A stretch of DNA of 54,600 nucleotides, taken from positions 1 to 54,600 of IMG/VR virus record IMGVR_UViG_3300012943_000038; one strand, written 5' to 3'. The DNA comes from a virus. Lineage: Duplodnaviria; Caudoviricetes. This document shows, in pieces, positions 27,838 through 36,279 of the stretch. Each line of letters begins with the position of its first letter. The stretch's first letter is position 1. The notes beneath the pieces were generated by a model, which searched no databases, was not told the origin of the DNA, and worked only from the letters and a program-made list of their open reading frames with translations. The position numbers and the translations under genes were made by a program.

Positions 27838-28124
27838 CGGTCAGACACCCATGTCGAGAGAGGAACGAGTCGGTTCTGCCAAGCGTCACCGTCCTCCCTT
27901 CGAGTGACATGATTTCCCACCATGTGGGCGTGGTAGGCGCAGACGGCGCATGAGTAGAAGTCACCGTCGAAGTACCCGAGCAGGCCCGCCACAGCCGTCT
28001 TGTCACAAGCCTGCTCCTCACCCTTGCGCGTCACCGTGAGATCACAGGAGGCCGGGAACTGGGCGATGCTCCGGATCAAGTCGGGCAGGATCGGCACCCT
28101 CCGGACTCGCAGATCTCGGCTCAC
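27834..28124 (-). CDS. Hypothetical Cys-rich protein
   Basis: Overlapping starts and stops with neighbours. Confidence 0.6.
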   Translation of the reverse strand: MSRDLRVRRVPILPDLIRSIAQFPASCDLTVTRKGEEQACDKTAVAGLLGYFDGDFYSCAVCAYHAHMVGNHVTRREDGDAWQNRLVPLSTWVSDR

Positions 28125-28741
28125 GACTCGTCCTTGACGATCAGGGCAAGACCGGCCTGTTGGCTACAGACCTGATAGCAGTCCTCACAGATGTTCAGGC
28201 TCAGGAGCGCCGGTCCGATCTGAATCAGCCCCTCATGAAATCCATCCAAGGACTGCTTCTCGCAGCGGTCGCAGCAGTCCTCAGGGACAGTCAGAGGGAA
28301 CAGACTCAGGGGGATCGAAACGACCCCGGCCCGGATGAGAGCGGCATCGGCCGGGTAGTGAAGACCGAAATCGTCGATGCTGGCGTCAAGTGCCTCACGG
28401 AACTTCACGTTGAAATGAGCCTGCGGGGTCAAGCCGATGAGTGCGTTCTTGTCGTTGGCGCAACTGGGGCAGAGGAACACTCGGTAATCCCACCGCACAG
28501 CAAAAGGACTCGCGCCGAGGGACGGGAGGTGGTCACACAGGCCCAATGCCCCAGCGAGCATCATCTTCCACTGAGCCCGATTGCGCTTGTCCTCCTCGGA
28601 TCCGATCTCGGCATTCGAGGTTCTGGTCGCGCCTTCGCCGATCGCCTCAGCGGTACGCATGAAAGCCATGTTGGCTTCGTCAACGGCAGCGCCCCACTGA
28701 TCCGCCTTGTGGACGTTGAGGGCATCTTCTTCAATGGACAT
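28121..28741 (-). CDS. Hypothetical zinc-binding protein
   Basis: Multiple CxxC motifs; leaderless promoter upstream. Confidence 0.65.
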   Translation of the reverse strand: MSIEEDALNVHKADQWGAAVDEANMAFMRTAEAIGEGATRTSNAEIGSEEDKRNRAQWKMMLAGALGLCDHLPSLGASPFAVRWDYRVFLCPSCANDKNALIGLTPQAHFNVKFREALDASIDDFGLHYPADAALIRAGVVSIPLSLFPLTVPEDCCDRCEKQSLDGFHEGLIQIGPALLSLNICEDCYQVCSQQAGLALIVKDES

Positions 28742-28747
28742 GAGAAC

Positions 28748-28762
28748 AGCATAGCGCGGCTA
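28748..28762 (-). promoter_or_regulatory. TAGC-N3-GCTA element plus -10 (TATGCT), leaderless promoter
   Basis: GCATAGCGCGGCTATGC palindrome; ATG 6 nt from the -10. Confidence 0.6.
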
Positions 28763-28849
28763 TGCAAATACCGTGTGATTGAATGTCGGTACGTCGGCAC
28801 AGAGTCGACGACCGGCACAGAGCCGAGGATCCACAGAGGAGTGGTTTGT

Positions 28850-29197
28850 ATGGGCAACGACGAAGCGATCATCTACGGCGATCGCCACGGTGAGCAGTAT
28901 CGAGAGTTCTCTCAAAGCCTCGGTGTCAGGGTCGATTCCGAGGGCCGGATCAACGACGAGGACGCGCCGCCAAAGACCTACTACCCGAACGCAATCGCGA
29001 TGAACTGCATCGGTGGCGAGGTTCAGATCGGCGTGGTTACGTTCGACCAGAGCACCGGGGAGCGGAACCGTTTCTACGGCGACAACGACAACGAACAATG
29101 GGACTCCTTGTGGGCCTCACTGGATCGGCAAGGACTCAACCGGCTGATCCGGGAAGCGCGCAGGTTGCGAGATCGCGCCTACGGCAAGGACGAGTAG
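28850..29197 (+). CDS. Hypothetical protein
   Basis: AGAGGAG RBS; C-terminal LDRQGLNRLIREARRLRDRAYGKDE; directly upstream of the tRNA. Confidence 0.7.
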   Translation: MGNDEAIIYGDRHGEQYREFSQSLGVRVDSEGRINDEDAPPKTYYPNAIAMNCIGGEVQIGVVTFDQSTGERNRFYGDNDNEQWDSLWASLDRQGLNRLIREARRLRDRAYGKDE

Positions 29198-29209
29198 CCT
29201 TCAAGGGCT

Positions 29210-29281
29210 GGCGGGTTGGCCGAGTGGCTCAGGCGCGGGACTACAAATCCCGTCACGCGGGTTCGATCCCCGCACCCGCTT
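29210..29281 (+). tRNA. tRNA-Cys-type with anticodon ACA
   Basis: Acceptor GGCGGGT/ACCCGCT, D-arm GCCGAGTGGCTCAGGC, stem CGGGA/TCCCG with loop CT-ACA-AA, T-arm GCGGG-TTCGATC-CCCGC, discriminator T; no encoded CCA. Confidence 0.88.
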
Positions 29282-29540
29282 CTAGAAGAGAAGCCTCGAC
29301 AAGTACCTTCGCGGCCAGAGCCACAGCACCTTCGCGATAGTCATGGAAAATCAGAAATTCCTCTCTCCTTGAGTGGATATCTGGCCCCAGTGAGTTCATC
29401 GTCACCGTCTCGTTTTCCGGCGTCCACTCAACCGCGCAGGCATAGGTATTGATGCCATCCTCAGCAGTCACGCGACGTTCAGCGAACCAGTAACCGACCT
29501 CCGTGGAGTTGACTTGGATGAGTCCGTGCAGCGCCATCAC
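29253..29540 (-). CDS. Hypothetical protein (3' end overlaps the tRNA antisense)
   Basis: MALHGLIQVN…HDYREGAVALAAKVL; promoter upstream. Confidence 0.65.
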   Translation of the reverse strand: MMALHGLIQVNSTEVGYWFAERRVTAEDGINTYACAVEWTPENETVTMNSLGPDIHSRREEFLIFHDYREGAVALAAKVLVEASLLEAGAGIEPA

Positions 29541-29623
29541 TCACCGCCCTCAACTGGGTCACTGCCGGTTGTGTCCGGGGAGATCCGCGCGGTACTCTGG
29601 AACCGCGCCGTCGAATAGCGTGG

Positions 29624-29653
29624 ACTTTAGCCCTCCAGCAGAGTCCCAGTCAA
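29624..29653 (-). promoter_or_regulatory. SigA-type promoter
   Basis: TTGACT-N18-TAAAGT. Confidence 0.5.
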
Positions 29654-29684
29654 GACCCCCCGCGTCCACCACCGGGGGGTCTTG
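29651..29684. terminator. Intrinsic terminator-like hairpin
   Basis: CAAGACCCCCC / GGGGGGTCTTG 11-bp inverted repeat just after the 29690 stop. Confidence 0.65.
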
Positions 29685-29689
29685 CTGTG

Positions 29690-30061
29690 TCAGTCGTCCT
29701 CTCGATAAATCTTGGTCGGGATGCCAGCGGCGTCGGCGAGATTGAGGGTCATGGTCGCGCCCTTGCTGCCGTTCTTGATGAACGCCAGACACACGTCGAT
29801 GCCGGAGTCCACCATCTCCTTGTTGCGGAGGTAGCCGGCGCGCTTGCCGAACTTGTCCCAGTCCGCGGGGTGGCGCTCGACCTCCCACTGATTGGTTGAC
29901 CACGCCATGTCTGCGATGTGGTCCGCTCCAGTCGGGCATGCGCCGTGCACCAGCACTGGGACGTAGCCTTCACGGACCATTTGCATGGCCGTGTCCCACA
30001 GCGCCTGCACGATGACGACTTGATCGGTCCAGTCGCGCGAGCCGGTGACGAGAATCCTCAC
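29690..30061 (-). CDS. SLOG/YspA-like (DUF2493) protein
   Basis: RILVTGSRDW, LVHGACPTGAD, HPADW…AGYLRNKEMV, SKGA motifs. Confidence 0.85.
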   Translation of the reverse strand: MRILVTGSRDWTDQVVIVQALWDTAMQMVREGYVPVLVHGACPTGADHIADMAWSTNQWEVERHPADWDKFGKRAGYLRNKEMVDSGIDVCLAFIKNGSKGATMTLNLADAAGIPTKIYREDD

Positions 30062-30279
30062 GCTCTCTCCCTTGTGTCTTCGATGTGCACCTCACCGCCC
30101 CATGAGGCCCAGTACTCATTGCGCCAAGCGTCCAGTCGGGCACCGAGGTAAGTGCGGTAGCCCTGCACCCATGAGGCATGGCCTCCACCGTCATAGACCA
30201 TGTGGCTGTAGTGAACGTGCCACCTGCGGTCGAGGTGACGGTTCGGCTCTCGTCGTCCCTTCGGGTAGACCTGTCTCAT
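30058..30279 (-). CDS. Hypothetical protein
   Basis: 4-nt overlaps on both sides. Confidence 0.6.
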   Translation of the reverse strand: MRQVYPKGRREPNRHLDRRWHVHYSHMVYDGGGHASWVQGYRTYLGARLDAWRNEYWASWGGEVHIEDTRERA

Positions 30280-30479
30280 CTCGGCTCCTTGGTTGGGTCA
30301 CTGTCGGGCTCACAGTGGCGACAGGGGATTCGCCGCCCACAGCCGTTGCCACAGAACGCAGGCTCGTAGTTGACGCAGTTGCAGTTTCCTTCACCCGTCT
30401 CATAGCAGGCGCGGAAACGGTAGTCGTGGATCAGAGCCTCATGGCCGCATTCGCAGATCGCCGCGGTGATGGTCATCAC
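30276..30479 (-). CDS. Small Cys-rich protein
   Basis: CECGH…H…C…CNC, CGNGC…CRHC. Confidence 0.6.
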   Translation of the reverse strand: MMTITAAICECGHEALIHDYRFRACYETGEGNCNCVNYEPAFCGNGCGRRIPCRHCEPDSDPTKEPR

Positions 30480-30715
30480 TCGCCCCTCTCACTGTCGGGC
30501 TGGGCGAACCTCTCGGGCCTGAAACCGGGATCAGGGATACGCGCCCTGAGGTCTGTGGCGCAGGCGATGACCACGCAGTCTTTGCAACCAAAGTCCTGAC
30601 ACGCGGCGACGTGTTCGATGCCGTTTTCTTCGTCCCACCATTCATCGGCAAGAGTGAGCATCCGATCACGGAGCGCCATGTAGTACGGGTCAGGCGGCAA
30701 AATGACTGTCTTCAC
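30476..30715 (-). CDS. Hypothetical protein
   Basis: GTGA overlap; LADEW…CKDC…CATDLR. Confidence 0.55.
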   Translation of the reverse strand: MKTVILPPDPYYMALRDRMLTLADEWWDEENGIEHVAACQDFGCKDCVVIACATDLRARIPDPGFRPERFAQPDSERGE

Positions 30716-31068
30716 TTTCCCCACGTCCCTTGGGTGAAGTGCTTCCGGCACATGACCTTGATGAACGGCAGTCCACCTTCGCCGTGGTCGGATTCCACAT
30801 CGAACAACGGCCCTTCGTGGTCGCCTTCGTTCTCGATCACGCAGCGCGGGAGTGAGTCGTTGACGGTCTCGTAGTGGCGGCAGGATTCACACGGACAGTT
30901 GGCCTGATCTGAGGCAGCCCGTTCGGGGTCCTCGCGGAAGAAGATGCCCCGGTTCTGCATCTCGTTCACCGCGTCCGTTGCGCTCTGGCCGATGATCCCT
31001 ACAGCGGTCAGGGAGTCGTACACCTTCCGCAGCGTGTTCTCGTCGTGGTGGGTCGCGGTGTCATTCAT
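30712..31068 (-). CDS. Hypothetical protein
   Basis: AAGGAG RBS; HDENTLRKVY…EMQNRGIFFRE motif. Confidence 0.65.
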   Translation of the reverse strand: MNDTATHHDENTLRKVYDSLTAVGIIGQSATDAVNEMQNRGIFFREDPERAASDQANCPCESCRHYETVNDSLPRCVIENEGDHEGPLFDVESDHGEGGLPFIKVMCRKHFTQGTWGK

Positions 31069-31888
31069 TGGTTTCTCCTTCGTTGTTGTCGGGCTGGGCG
31101 AGCAGTGCGCGGAGGTCTGACACGGCATCCTGAGTCGCTTCTCGGCGTCCTCCCCAGTAACCAAGGTCGTTGTTTGTCAGAGCCGCCAGTCGCTCGTTTT
31201 CGTCAGACGCTGCATGGGTCTCCCACTCGTCGGCCAGTTGCCGGATGCCGTCATGCATGCGGGCGAGGTTGCGATTCAAACCCTCGTTCACGGCATCCAG
31301 TTCGTTGACTTCCTTCTCCGCTGCGTCTGCTCGGGCCTCGGCAGCCTTGCGCCGCTCGGCCTCCGCGTGGCCCAACAGTTCGACTTCGGTGTACGCCGTG
31401 CCCTGTTCACGGGCGATACGTTCCCACTTGTCCCGGTCGGCCTTCGCTGCGTCGAGTTCCAGAGCGAACCGTGCGTCTGATTCCTCCATGTCCTTTTCCA
31501 GCGCGTGGAGTCGGCTTCTCGCTGCGTCGAGTTGACGAGTTGTTGACGCCAACTCGTCGGACTTAGCGGAGTTGACGGTTTTCAACTCCGCCAGTTCAGC
31601 GCGGGCCTCATCTCTTTGTGCCCGAAGTGCTTGGCGACGCAGTTTCTGATGACGAACATCCGACAACAAATCATTGCGTTCTCGTGCAGCGGCGATCAGG
31701 TCGGGGGCTGCGTTGGCGATAGCAGCGATGAACTCGGCATTGGCATCGTCACCAAGGGAGCAAAGTTCAACATCGGTGTCGAGAACACTGGCGCGAACCT
31801 CACGGCCGGATGCGACGTGCCACGGTCCCGGTGTCCTTCCGGCGTCCAGCCTCTCCAACTCGTCCAGAGGCAGATCGTCGGCGGTCAT
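31061..31888 (-). CDS. Ead/Ea22-like coiled-coil protein
   Basis: TPGPW…ANAEFIAA…PDLI followed by a long coiled coil. Confidence 0.65.
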   Translation of the reverse strand: MTADDLPLDELERLDAGRTPGPWHVASGREVRASVLDTDVELCSLGDDANAEFIAAIANAAPDLIAAARERNDLLSDVRHQKLRRQALRAQRDEARAELAELKTVNSAKSDELASTTRQLDAARSRLHALEKDMEESDARFALELDAAKADRDKWERIAREQGTAYTEVELLGHAEAERRKAAEARADAAEKEVNELDAVNEGLNRNLARMHDGIRQLADEWETHAASDENERLAALTNNDLGYWGGRREATQDAVSDLRALLAQPDNNEGETNE

Positions 31889-32112
31889 CAGAGCACTACC
31901 TTTCGGTTCTTCATCGCGTATGGGCCAAGGAAGGTTTCGACCACCAAATCCTCGTCCGGTACAGCCAGCGCAGCCTGAGCCATTTCCAACTCGCGCTGAT
32001 AATGCGCTCGGTATTTGTCGATCATTTCCTGACGGGTCTGCGCCCCCCACTCTTGGAGTCCATGACGATTCGGATGCCCTACGGCTTCGATCTGCGTAAT
32101 TCGATCGCTCAT
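31888..32112 (-). CDS. Hypothetical protein
   Basis: Coupled ORF. Confidence 0.6.
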   Translation of the reverse strand: MSDRITQIEAVGHPNRHGLQEWGAQTRQEMIDKYRAHYQRELEMAQAALAVPDEDLVVETFLGPYAMKNRKVVL

Positions 32113-32300
32113 CGTGCGGCCTCAATCCGTGCGACGCGCCAAGTCGGGTGACAGAGCGACGTGTGCTTCTCGCCGTCGAACCGGATGCCGAGGTACTGGT
32201 CAGGGAAGGAGACGAGCGTTCCCGGCCTACCGTCCATCGTCAGACGGTCACCACGCTTGTAGTCCACGCCGTAGTAGCGACGCACATACTCGGCGGTCAT
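32109..32300 (-). CDS. Hypothetical protein
   Basis: YVRRYYGV…KRG…L…RFDG…HPTW small phage protein pattern. Confidence 0.7.
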   Translation of the reverse strand: MTAEYVRRYYGVDYKRGDRLTMDGRPGTLVSFPDQYLGIRFDGEKHTSLCHPTWRVARIEAAR

Positions 32301-32668
32301 CGCGCACCCTCGATCCGTGCGACCTGCTCGGGCGTGAGGGGGATGAAGTCGAGGACGCTTTCCCGATTCACGGTCTTTCCGTCGAGCAACCACTGATGGG
32401 CAAATGCAGGCTCCAAGAGGCCGAAGTGCCATTCGTCGCCGAACGTGTCTCCTGACAGATGCACGATTCCCCACGTCGGTTCACTGGGTAGGTCCAGCGG
32501 TGGACGCCACGACGAATCCACGAACCAGTCAGCCTCGGCTTTGTGGTCTGTCGGGTATCCGGTATTCCATTCTCGGATCGGGTTGAAATGTTCATCACGA
32601 CACGGCTGTCCTGCTGGGATGACGTGGCCCGGCTCAACCGGGGTCCACTTCTCGTGACGGTCCATCAT
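32297..32668 (-). CDS. Hypothetical protein
   Basis: GGAGG RBS; coupled. Confidence 0.6.
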   Translation of the reverse strand: MMDRHEKWTPVEPGHVIPAGQPCRDEHFNPIREWNTGYPTDHKAEADWFVDSSWRPPLDLPSEPTWGIVHLSGDTFGDEWHFGLLEPAFAHQWLLDGKTVNRESVLDFIPLTPEQVARIEGAR

Positions 32669-32844
32669 TTCGGTCCTCCTAGTCCGATCAGTGGGAAAGT
32701 GACAGGGGTGAAGTCCGGCCACTCACCACGCCACGAACCGCCACAGGCCTCCGGATCGCAGGCGTGAATCTCGTCCCCGGCCCCGACGTGGCCTTCCGGC
32801 TTGACGCAGACGCAACAAGCCACCTTCGCCCCGCACTCGCTCAT
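32665..32844 (-). CDS. Small Cys/His-rich protein (59 aa)
   Basis: ATGA overlaps at both ends; MSECGAKVACCVCVKPEGH…HAC; absent from ORF track. Confidence 0.6.
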   Translation of the reverse strand: MSECGAKVACCVCVKPEGHVGAGDEIHACDPEACGGSWRGEWPDFTPVTFPLIGLGGPK

Positions 32845-33296
32845 GCGTCGCCCTCGGTTTCAGCGGCGAGGAAGCCGGCCTTGTCCCATTTCTCGACGGG
32901 GATGAAGAATCCGCACATGCGACCGCTATTGGTGAAACGCGGTTCGGCTGCATCGTTCAGGGCGCCGACCCGTTCCCGCAGACGATCACGGTCGGCGGTG
33001 ACCTCTCGCCATGACTCATCCAGCATCTTCGCCGCTACGACCCCGCACTGTGCGTGACCCAGCGCCAGTTCCAACTCAGCAACACGGTCCAGCAGTACGG
33101 GTAGGGCGTTCACGGCAGCGACGATGAGAGCGGCGTCAGCGGGGTCAGCACCAGCGCAGACGTTCGGCTCAACGTCGGTGTAACTGACGTGGTAGCCCGA
33201 GTCTGCGAAGTGCTGCGTCTCTCCCGCTTCCCACGGCAGATCGGTCGCTGCGTTCACGACTTCCCGCAACGCTTCAAGGTCGTGCTTTGCGTTCAT
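32841..33296 (-). CDS. Ead/Ea22-like protein
   Basis: AATDLPW…ADAALIVAAVNALPVLLDRVAELE. Confidence 0.65.
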   Translation of the reverse strand: MNAKHDLEALREVVNAATDLPWEAGETQHFADSGYHVSYTDVEPNVCAGADPADAALIVAAVNALPVLLDRVAELELALGHAQCGVVAAKMLDESWREVTADRDRLRERVGALNDAAEPRFTNSGRMCGFFIPVEKWDKAGFLAAETEGDA

Positions 33297-33454
33297 TTCG
33301 TTTCTCCTTTGGTTGGCGCTTCAAGGTCCAGACCGGGGGCGGTCATCGGTCGCTTCGGTTCAAACGCATGATGGACAAGTGCGGGGATGCCGCAGATGCA
33401 CATAGACGCATCGGCAACGTCCTCTACAAACTCGTGCGGTTCAGGTTCACTCAT
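33293..33454 (-). CDS. Small hypothetical protein
   Basis: HEF…CICG…H motif; coupled. Confidence 0.55.
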   Translation of the reverse strand: MSEPEPHEFVEDVADASMCICGIPALVHHAFEPKRPMTAPGLDLEAPTKGETK

Positions 33455-33749
33455 GGCCGTTCTCCATCTGGTTAGCGCGGGCGGTGAGCCACTCGGCAAA
33501 CAGAATCCGCTTGAACCTGACCGCCTTGTTCCCCATCGCTCGTGGCCCGGTTGACAGACGCTCCTGTTCCCCCGCCGCTTCTCTCAGCGCCTCCACTCCT
33601 CCTGCACGGTGAGCGGCCGCGACGTGGGCAGCGAGGATGGACTCGACGACTTCGACCATCGCTGGATGGCAGGCGAACGATGGCTGGCAGAGTCCGGCGC
33701 GCAGTTGAGCCCGTTCCTCATAGGTGAGTACGGGTGCGGGGGCGCTCAC
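33447..33749 (-). CDS. Hypothetical protein
   Basis: GTGA overlap; EALREAA…EWLTARA motif. Confidence 0.6.
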   Translation of the reverse strand: MSAPAPVLTYEERAQLRAGLCQPSFACHPAMVEVVESILAAHVAAAHRAGGVEALREAAGEQERLSTGPRAMGNKAVRFKRILFAEWLTARANQMENGHE

Positions 33750-33913
33750 AGGTATCGCCTCCGACCAATGCGCTCCATCGTGCCGGAGTTGTCGGCGTTC
33801 TGGTGGATGCGCCACTTCTGGCGACAGACGGGGCACCGCTCGACCCACTCGGCCGAGATGGCGTTGCGCGGGAGCACGCACTTGGTGATGAAGCAGTCGT
33901 GGAGGATCTTCAT
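33746..33913 (-). CDS. Small zinc-ribbon protein (55 aa), first gene of a leftward operon
   Basis: MKILHDC…RCPVCRQKW; leaderless promoter upstream. Confidence 0.6.
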   Translation of the reverse strand: MKILHDCFITKCVLPRNAISAEWVERCPVCRQKWRIHQNADNSGTMERIGRRRYL

Positions 33914-33919
33914 GCAAAC

Positions 33920-33934
33920 AGTCTAGCACCGCTA
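33920..33934 (-). promoter_or_regulatory. TAGC-N3-GCTA element plus -10 (TAGACT), leaderless promoter
   Basis: Same architecture as 27172 and 28748. Confidence 0.6.
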
Positions 33935-34144
33935 TGCAATAGGGAACTTTCAGAGAGTGCCGCATTTTCTGGGCGGTCCGCCGCAAGACCCAAACCGAAA
34001 TCGAACAATTTTTCTAAAGAATCGAACATGGCATGGGACGCACACAATGGCCCATTACAGGCGTGTAGGGCGCTAGCGGGGTAAGGATGCCGTCGACGTG
34101 TGCGCGTGCCTTACAGGCCTGTTTCTGGGGCTCCTACGGGCATG

Positions 34145-34182
34145 ACTAAGCCCGGCCACCTACGACGATGACCGGGCCTAGT
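34145..34182 (-). terminator. Hairpin ending the early block
   Basis: ACTAAGCCCGG / CCGGGCCTAGT inverted repeat after the stop at 34188. Confidence 0.55.
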
Positions 34183-34187
34183 TGGGC

Positions 34188-34292
34188 CTAGCGCTGGTAC
34201 GCCTGCCAGACAGTCGCGACGACGGCCGCGTCAAACGTCAGCGACAGCACGATCGCGAGATGCCACGCACTCACGATGAGGAGTCGCTTCAT
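34188..34292 (-). CDS. Small membrane peptide (34 aa)
   Basis: ATGA overlap; MKRLLIVSAWHLAIVLSLTF. Confidence 0.5.
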   Translation of the reverse strand: MKRLLIVSAWHLAIVLSLTFDAAVVATVWQAYQR

Positions 34293-34606
34293 TCCGGGTC
34301 ACCTCCTCTCGCGATTTTTTCGGGGGAGGTGTCGATCGAGCGGGTGGGCTCGACCCTCACGGCATCCCGTAGGCCCGCCAGTGCATCCGGTTCAGGCTCG
34401 ACCTCTCGGCCATGAGATGCGGGCCCGTCGTCAGGTGCGTCCAGTGCGGGTACGTCGACGTATCCCGTACCGAGACAGGCCGGGCAATAGAGCACCCGCG
34501 CCGTGCCGCGTCCGGTCCAGTCCTCCGGCGTCGCCGGATCCAGATACGTACCCGCGTAGACGACGTGCGGCAGGTCGCACCTGACCCGCGTCACCCGGCG
34601 ACTCAT
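34289..34606 (-). CDS. Hypothetical protein with CxxCxGxG motif
   Basis: ATGA overlap; CPACLGTG. Confidence 0.55.
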   Translation of the reverse strand: MSRRVTRVRCDLPHVVYAGTYLDPATPEDWTGRGTARVLYCPACLGTGYVDVPALDAPDDGPASHGREVEPEPDALAGLRDAVRVEPTRSIDTSPEKIARGGDPE

Positions 34607-34809
34607 GCGCGCTCGACCTCGATTGTCTGCCACGGCGCGGCGAACAGGACCCGGCCGTCAGTCAGTGGCACCGAGACACCGGAGCCGCCGAACGATGGAT
34701 AGGCGTCGGCGTCGGCCGTCACCCGCTCGACGTGTGAGCCGGTGCGCACCTCCATCGAGTCACCCGCGAGGACGTCGATCGACCACACGCGGATCACCCG
34801 GCGGCTCAT
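34603..34809 (-). CDS. Hypothetical protein
   Basis: ATGA overlap. Confidence 0.6.
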   Translation of the reverse strand: MSRRVIRVWSIDVLAGDSMEVRTGSHVERVTADADAYPSFGGSGVSVPLTDGRVLFAAPWQTIEVERA

Positions 34810-34970
34810 CGTGCTACCCCGCACGCGCTCAAGAAACGCATCCGGTCGAAACGGACATTCTCGGCCGCGCACACGTTGGCGATACGGACGGCGAGAGATC
34901 GCTTGTCTTCCGGGTCGATCTCGGTCGCGCGGATCTCGCGGGCCAGTGCGACGAAATGACGGCGACTCAT
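34806..34970 (-). CDS. Hypothetical protein
   Basis: MSRRHFVALA…ENVRFDRMRFLSACG small phage early-protein pattern. Confidence 0.7.
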   Translation of the reverse strand: MSRRHFVALAREIRATEIDPEDKRSLAVRIANVCAAENVRFDRMRFLSACGVAR

Positions 34971-35245
34971 GAGGGGACCTCCTCGCCCGATCGGACATCG
35001 AGCGCACTGACGCCCGGCACGAGCGAGACGTAGAACGTGCCGTCCGGTGAGCCGCACACGTCGCCCTTGAGCGCGTGCACGGCATCGACCAGCACTGACA
35101 ACCAGCAGGCATCGAGCCCGTCGTGATCGGCGAACGAGACGCCCCGTTCCCCGTACTGACGGCGGATCTCGTTCGCCAGTCGCTGCATGTCGGCCGCGTC
35201 GTCGTGAGCCACGGTCAGCGGAGGGTGCTCCCACTGGCCGGTCAT
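34967..35245 (-). CDS. Hypothetical protein
   Basis: GAGG RBS; ATGA overlaps. Confidence 0.6.
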   Translation of the reverse strand: MTGQWEHPPLTVAHDDAADMQRLANEIRRQYGERGVSFADHDGLDACWLSVLVDAVHALKGDVCGSPDGTFYVSLVPGVSALDVRSGEEVPS

Positions 35246-35604
35246 GCGGACACCTCATGCCGAGCGTGACGGCCGGTCATGGACGCCGACTCACCGCGTG
35301 CGGCTCGACGTGCCACGGCCACCGCGTGCGCCACCTCTGCGGCTGTCGGGACGCCTGCCACGTTGCCCGCCACGAACGAGTAGCGGCCGTGCGTGAAAGC
35401 GTGCGCAACGCTCGCCTCATCCGCGTCGGGCCACATGTGCGGCAGGCACGTCCCGAGCACCTCATAGCCCGCGACGATCCGCGCGTCATGGAGGTCAGTG
35501 CCGATCAGGTGGCCCATGACGTCGCGGACGATGAGTGCCGCGAGGAGGTGATAATCGGCGCTCGATCGAATTGCGTCGATCGCTTGCTTGGTTTCGTTGG
35601 ACAT
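35242..35604 (-). CDS. Hypothetical protein
   Basis: GAAAGGG RBS. Confidence 0.6.
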   Translation of the reverse strand: MSNETKQAIDAIRSSADYHLLAALIVRDVMGHLIGTDLHDARIVAGYEVLGTCLPHMWPDADEASVAHAFTHGRYSFVAGNVAGVPTAAEVAHAVAVARRAARGESASMTGRHARHEVSA

Positions 35605-35742
35605 TTCGTTTCCCTTTCGTTCTGGGAGTAGCAGAAGCTTCTACTTCCGCTAAGTGTTTCGACCCAGTGGTCGAAATCTCCCTAGCGGGGCTGTCAGGGG
35701 CGGATCACCTGACAGCCTCACTAGCGGGATTCCGCGCGGCCG

Positions 35743-36192
35743 TCAGGCCTCCTCGATGCCGGTCACCTCGATCTGCGGGTAGTAGTCATAATCCGCGTAC
35801 TCGTTCGCCGCGATGTCGGACGCGGCGTCAGCGTCGACGGCCGTGACGCTGAATCCGTACGTGACCGTGACGGTCACGTCGAACTCGCGCTCATGCCGCC
35901 GCAACTCGACGTTGAGCGACGCGTTCAGATCATCAACGATCGTGTCAAACTCGCTGCACCAACCGCGCGAGTTGGCCTCATCAAGCAACGTCTGCCCGAT
36001 CAACTCGATGTCGCGCTCATGGTTCGCCCGCGCCGACGAGAGTTCGTTGCGGGAGTTGGCGAGACGTTCGGTGATCTCGCCCAACTCACGCCGGACGGCG
36101 TCGAGATCGGCGTGAGCCTGCGCGGCCGACTGGCGTGCGGCGTCGAGAGCGGCGAGGTTGGCCGCCTCAGTGATGCTGGATGCTTCGTACAT
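35743..36192 (-). CDS. Coiled-coil hypothetical protein
   Basis: GAGGAG RBS; EANSRGWCSEFD motif. Confidence 0.7.
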   Translation of the reverse strand: MYEASSITEAANLAALDAARQSAAQAHADLDAVRRELGEITERLANSRNELSSARANHERDIELIGQTLLDEANSRGWCSEFDTIVDDLNASLNVELRRHEREFDVTVTVTYGFSVTAVDADAASDIAANEYADYDYYPQIEVTGIEEA

Positions 36193-36279
36193 GGTGCTCT
36201 CCTCTCGGTTGGGTAGTCGCGGGATGCGGCTAGTGACCCACGGCGCGGACTCGACGTGTCGAGTCCGGCCGAAGTGCCG

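Noticed and set aside
29250-29281. tRNA 3' half as attP
   Set aside because: No tyrosine or serine integrase was found and the tRNA is full length.
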